DNA of 64,000 nt from Dudresnaya verticillata (taxonomy: Eukaryota): NCBI GenBank assembly GCA_977862235.1, contig OZ374561.1, forward strand, positions 1,736,001-1,800,000. The letters are read 5' to 3'. Under the pieces are notes generated by a model. The model saw only the letters and a list, made by a program, of their open reading frames with translations. It was not told the origin of the DNA and ran no database searches. Positions 62,566-64,000 of this stretch are shown here, in pieces (the stretch's first letter is position 1; the number at the start of each line of letters is the position of its first letter). A program made the translations under genes and the position numbers.

Positions 62566-63048
62566 ATGGCACAACGGCTTTTGAAAGAGCACCGGGACCT
62601 CCAGAAGGAGGCCAATCGAGTGGCCGACCCGGAAATTCTTCTTGCTCCTGTTAACGACAACATGTTCTGCTGGCGTGGTTCAATTCGAGGTCCGGAAGGC
62701 ACTGCCTACGAAACTGGGCGTTTCCGTCTTGAAGTGACCGTCCCATCTTCATATCCATTAGCTGCTCCGAGCTTCCGTTTCCTCACAAAGATATTCCACC
62801 CGAACGTCCATCCAAAGACTGGAGAGATATGCGTTGATATTCTCAAGAGCGCCTGGTCTCCAGCATGGACGCTTCAGTCGACTTGTCGAGCAATCATCGT
62901 GTTGCTAGCCCACCCGGAACCGGACTCCCCTCTGAACTGTGACGCTGGAAACTTGTTGCGAAATGGTGATGATCGTGGTTTCCGCTCTGTTGCGAAAATG
63001 TACACGGCTCTGTATGCGTTGCAGTCAGGAAGTTCGTCGGGTTCATGA
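62566..63048 (+). CDS. PEX4: Ubiquitin-conjugating enzyme E2, PEX4/UBC21 type
   Basis: RLLKE...VADPEI...FLTKIFHPNVHPKTGEICVDILKSAWSPAWTLQSTCRAIIVLLAHPEPDSPLNCDAGNLLR matches the recalled plant PEX4 sequence. Confidence 0.88.
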   Translation: MAQRLLKEHRDLQKEANRVADPEILLAPVNDNMFCWRGSIRGPEGTAYETGRFRLEVTVPSSYPLAAPSFRFLTKIFHPNVHPKTGEICVDILKSAWSPAWTLQSTCRAIIVLLAHPEPDSPLNCDAGNLLRNGDDRGFRSVAKMYTALYALQSGSSSGS

Positions 63049-63312
63049 TTGTTACTTTACTTGCTAGGGGCTATCAACGCTTCCGGCGTATTCACAACGT
63101 CATCTTTTGGGGTTTGTAAACACGCCTACCTTGCACCCCCAAGCGCAATGACCAAGGGAAGATGATATCTGCCAATGCTGCTTTTCTTTTTGCTCACTAT
63201 GTTTGCCGTCTTGGATGCCACTGTCCAGGGACGTTGCGCTGCATGCCTAGCCGAGAAGCGACTCTTAGCGGTTTGTATCACTGTTACTAGAGCTTGTATG
63301 AGTTGCAGTAAA

Positions 63313-63762
63313 CTATTGACCTGTTATCCCACCAGTCGCGTATACATAGCCGTAGAAGAGACCGATGAGCATAATAACCCCTATACCAACGAGAAACCCA
63401 GATTCATTGCTCCATGCGTTCGTCAGTTTCTCTACTCTTTCACCTTCGAAGTCTAACGGCTTCTCCTCAAAGTTCTCCGGCGGAAGTTCAAATACTCCGC
63501 CACGGTTGCTCTTTTCTTGGAGTTCCTTCCACGACGAGTCCCAATCTTGTGGCATGTCACTGTTACCTTCTTTATCGGTCGAACCTCCCTCGTCGCTATC
63601 GCTCATCCTTATCAAACCGGTATGGGAAGTGCGCCTTCTGCGACTTGACACTCTGCATCTGAGTGTACTGCTTCTGTTGCATCGCATATCACGGCCAATG
63701 GAGCATGGAGAGAAAGCAGCTATTAGTGGGGCTTGTACCCAACAAACCGCTAGGGGCGACAT
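63313..63762 (-). CDS. Small hypothetical protein, probably plastid-targeted, with a C-terminal TM helix
   Basis: Arg/Ser-rich transit-like N-terminus, DWDSSWKEL, ERVEKLTNAWSNE.GF and a hydrophobic tail. Confidence 0.75.
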   Translation of the reverse strand: MSPLAVCWVQAPLIAAFSPCSIGRDMRCNRSSTLRCRVSSRRRRTSHTGLIRMSDSDEGGSTDKEGNSDMPQDWDSSWKELQEKSNRGGVFELPPENFEEKPLDFEGERVEKLTNAWSNESGFLVGIGVIMLIGLFYGYVYATGGITGQ

Positions 63763-64000
63763 GTCACGGTTGCTTTCGCTTAGACAGTCAGTTTCTGATA
63801 GTGGAGTTCCCTCTTTTCGCTGGCAGTATAGTCCTGGTAAGATGCCCCAGACAATTAACTTCGATGTTCCCCTCGTCTTGCCCGACTTGCTCTAGAATGG
63901 GTGCGGTGCAAGTTACCTCGTGTGACTCTGCTTGCGCAGCACTGGCGATTTGAGATTTTGATGAAAAAGCCGCAGGTTGCCTCTCTTCGTGAGCTCGCTG

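Overview
Gene-dense, intron-poor eukaryotic nuclear DNA, most likely from a florideophyte red alga. This is an inference from the few short GT-AG introns with CTAAC-type branch points, plastid-targeted enzymes and a mitochondrial-type aconitase next to polyubiquitin. About 27 protein-coding genes are supported: exportin-T (runs off the left edge), a C2H2 protein, PP2C, an orphan with faint STIL-like features, SEL1L/HRD3, ALG8, CDC48, RPT2, a DUF4460/TCAIM-like protein, aconitase, octa-ubiquitin, a PlsC acyltransferase, Kish, ZIP4/SPO22, bL28m, COA5/PET191, a prolyl 4-hydroxylase, a TraB-like protein, riboflavin synthase, Faf1/DUF4602, an RVE8-like MYB, an SDIR1-like RING, SEC61A, TVP23, a stand-alone Yvh1 zinc domain, PEX4 and a few hypotheticals. 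I reconstructed six introns by hand. No tRNA, rRNA, CRISPR array or intact transposon was recognised. The main leads are: a concentration of ERAD/ubiquitin-proteasome genes whose promoters share motifs (HSE, CGCCTTCCAGCG, CCAATGGGCGC, CTACTTAA); a nested tandem repeat upstream of polyubiquitin; a possible divergent STIL-like centriole-factor homolog in a lineage without centrioles; and a RING finger with His-to-Met at a zinc ligand. All family assignments come from motif recognition by eye, not from database searches.
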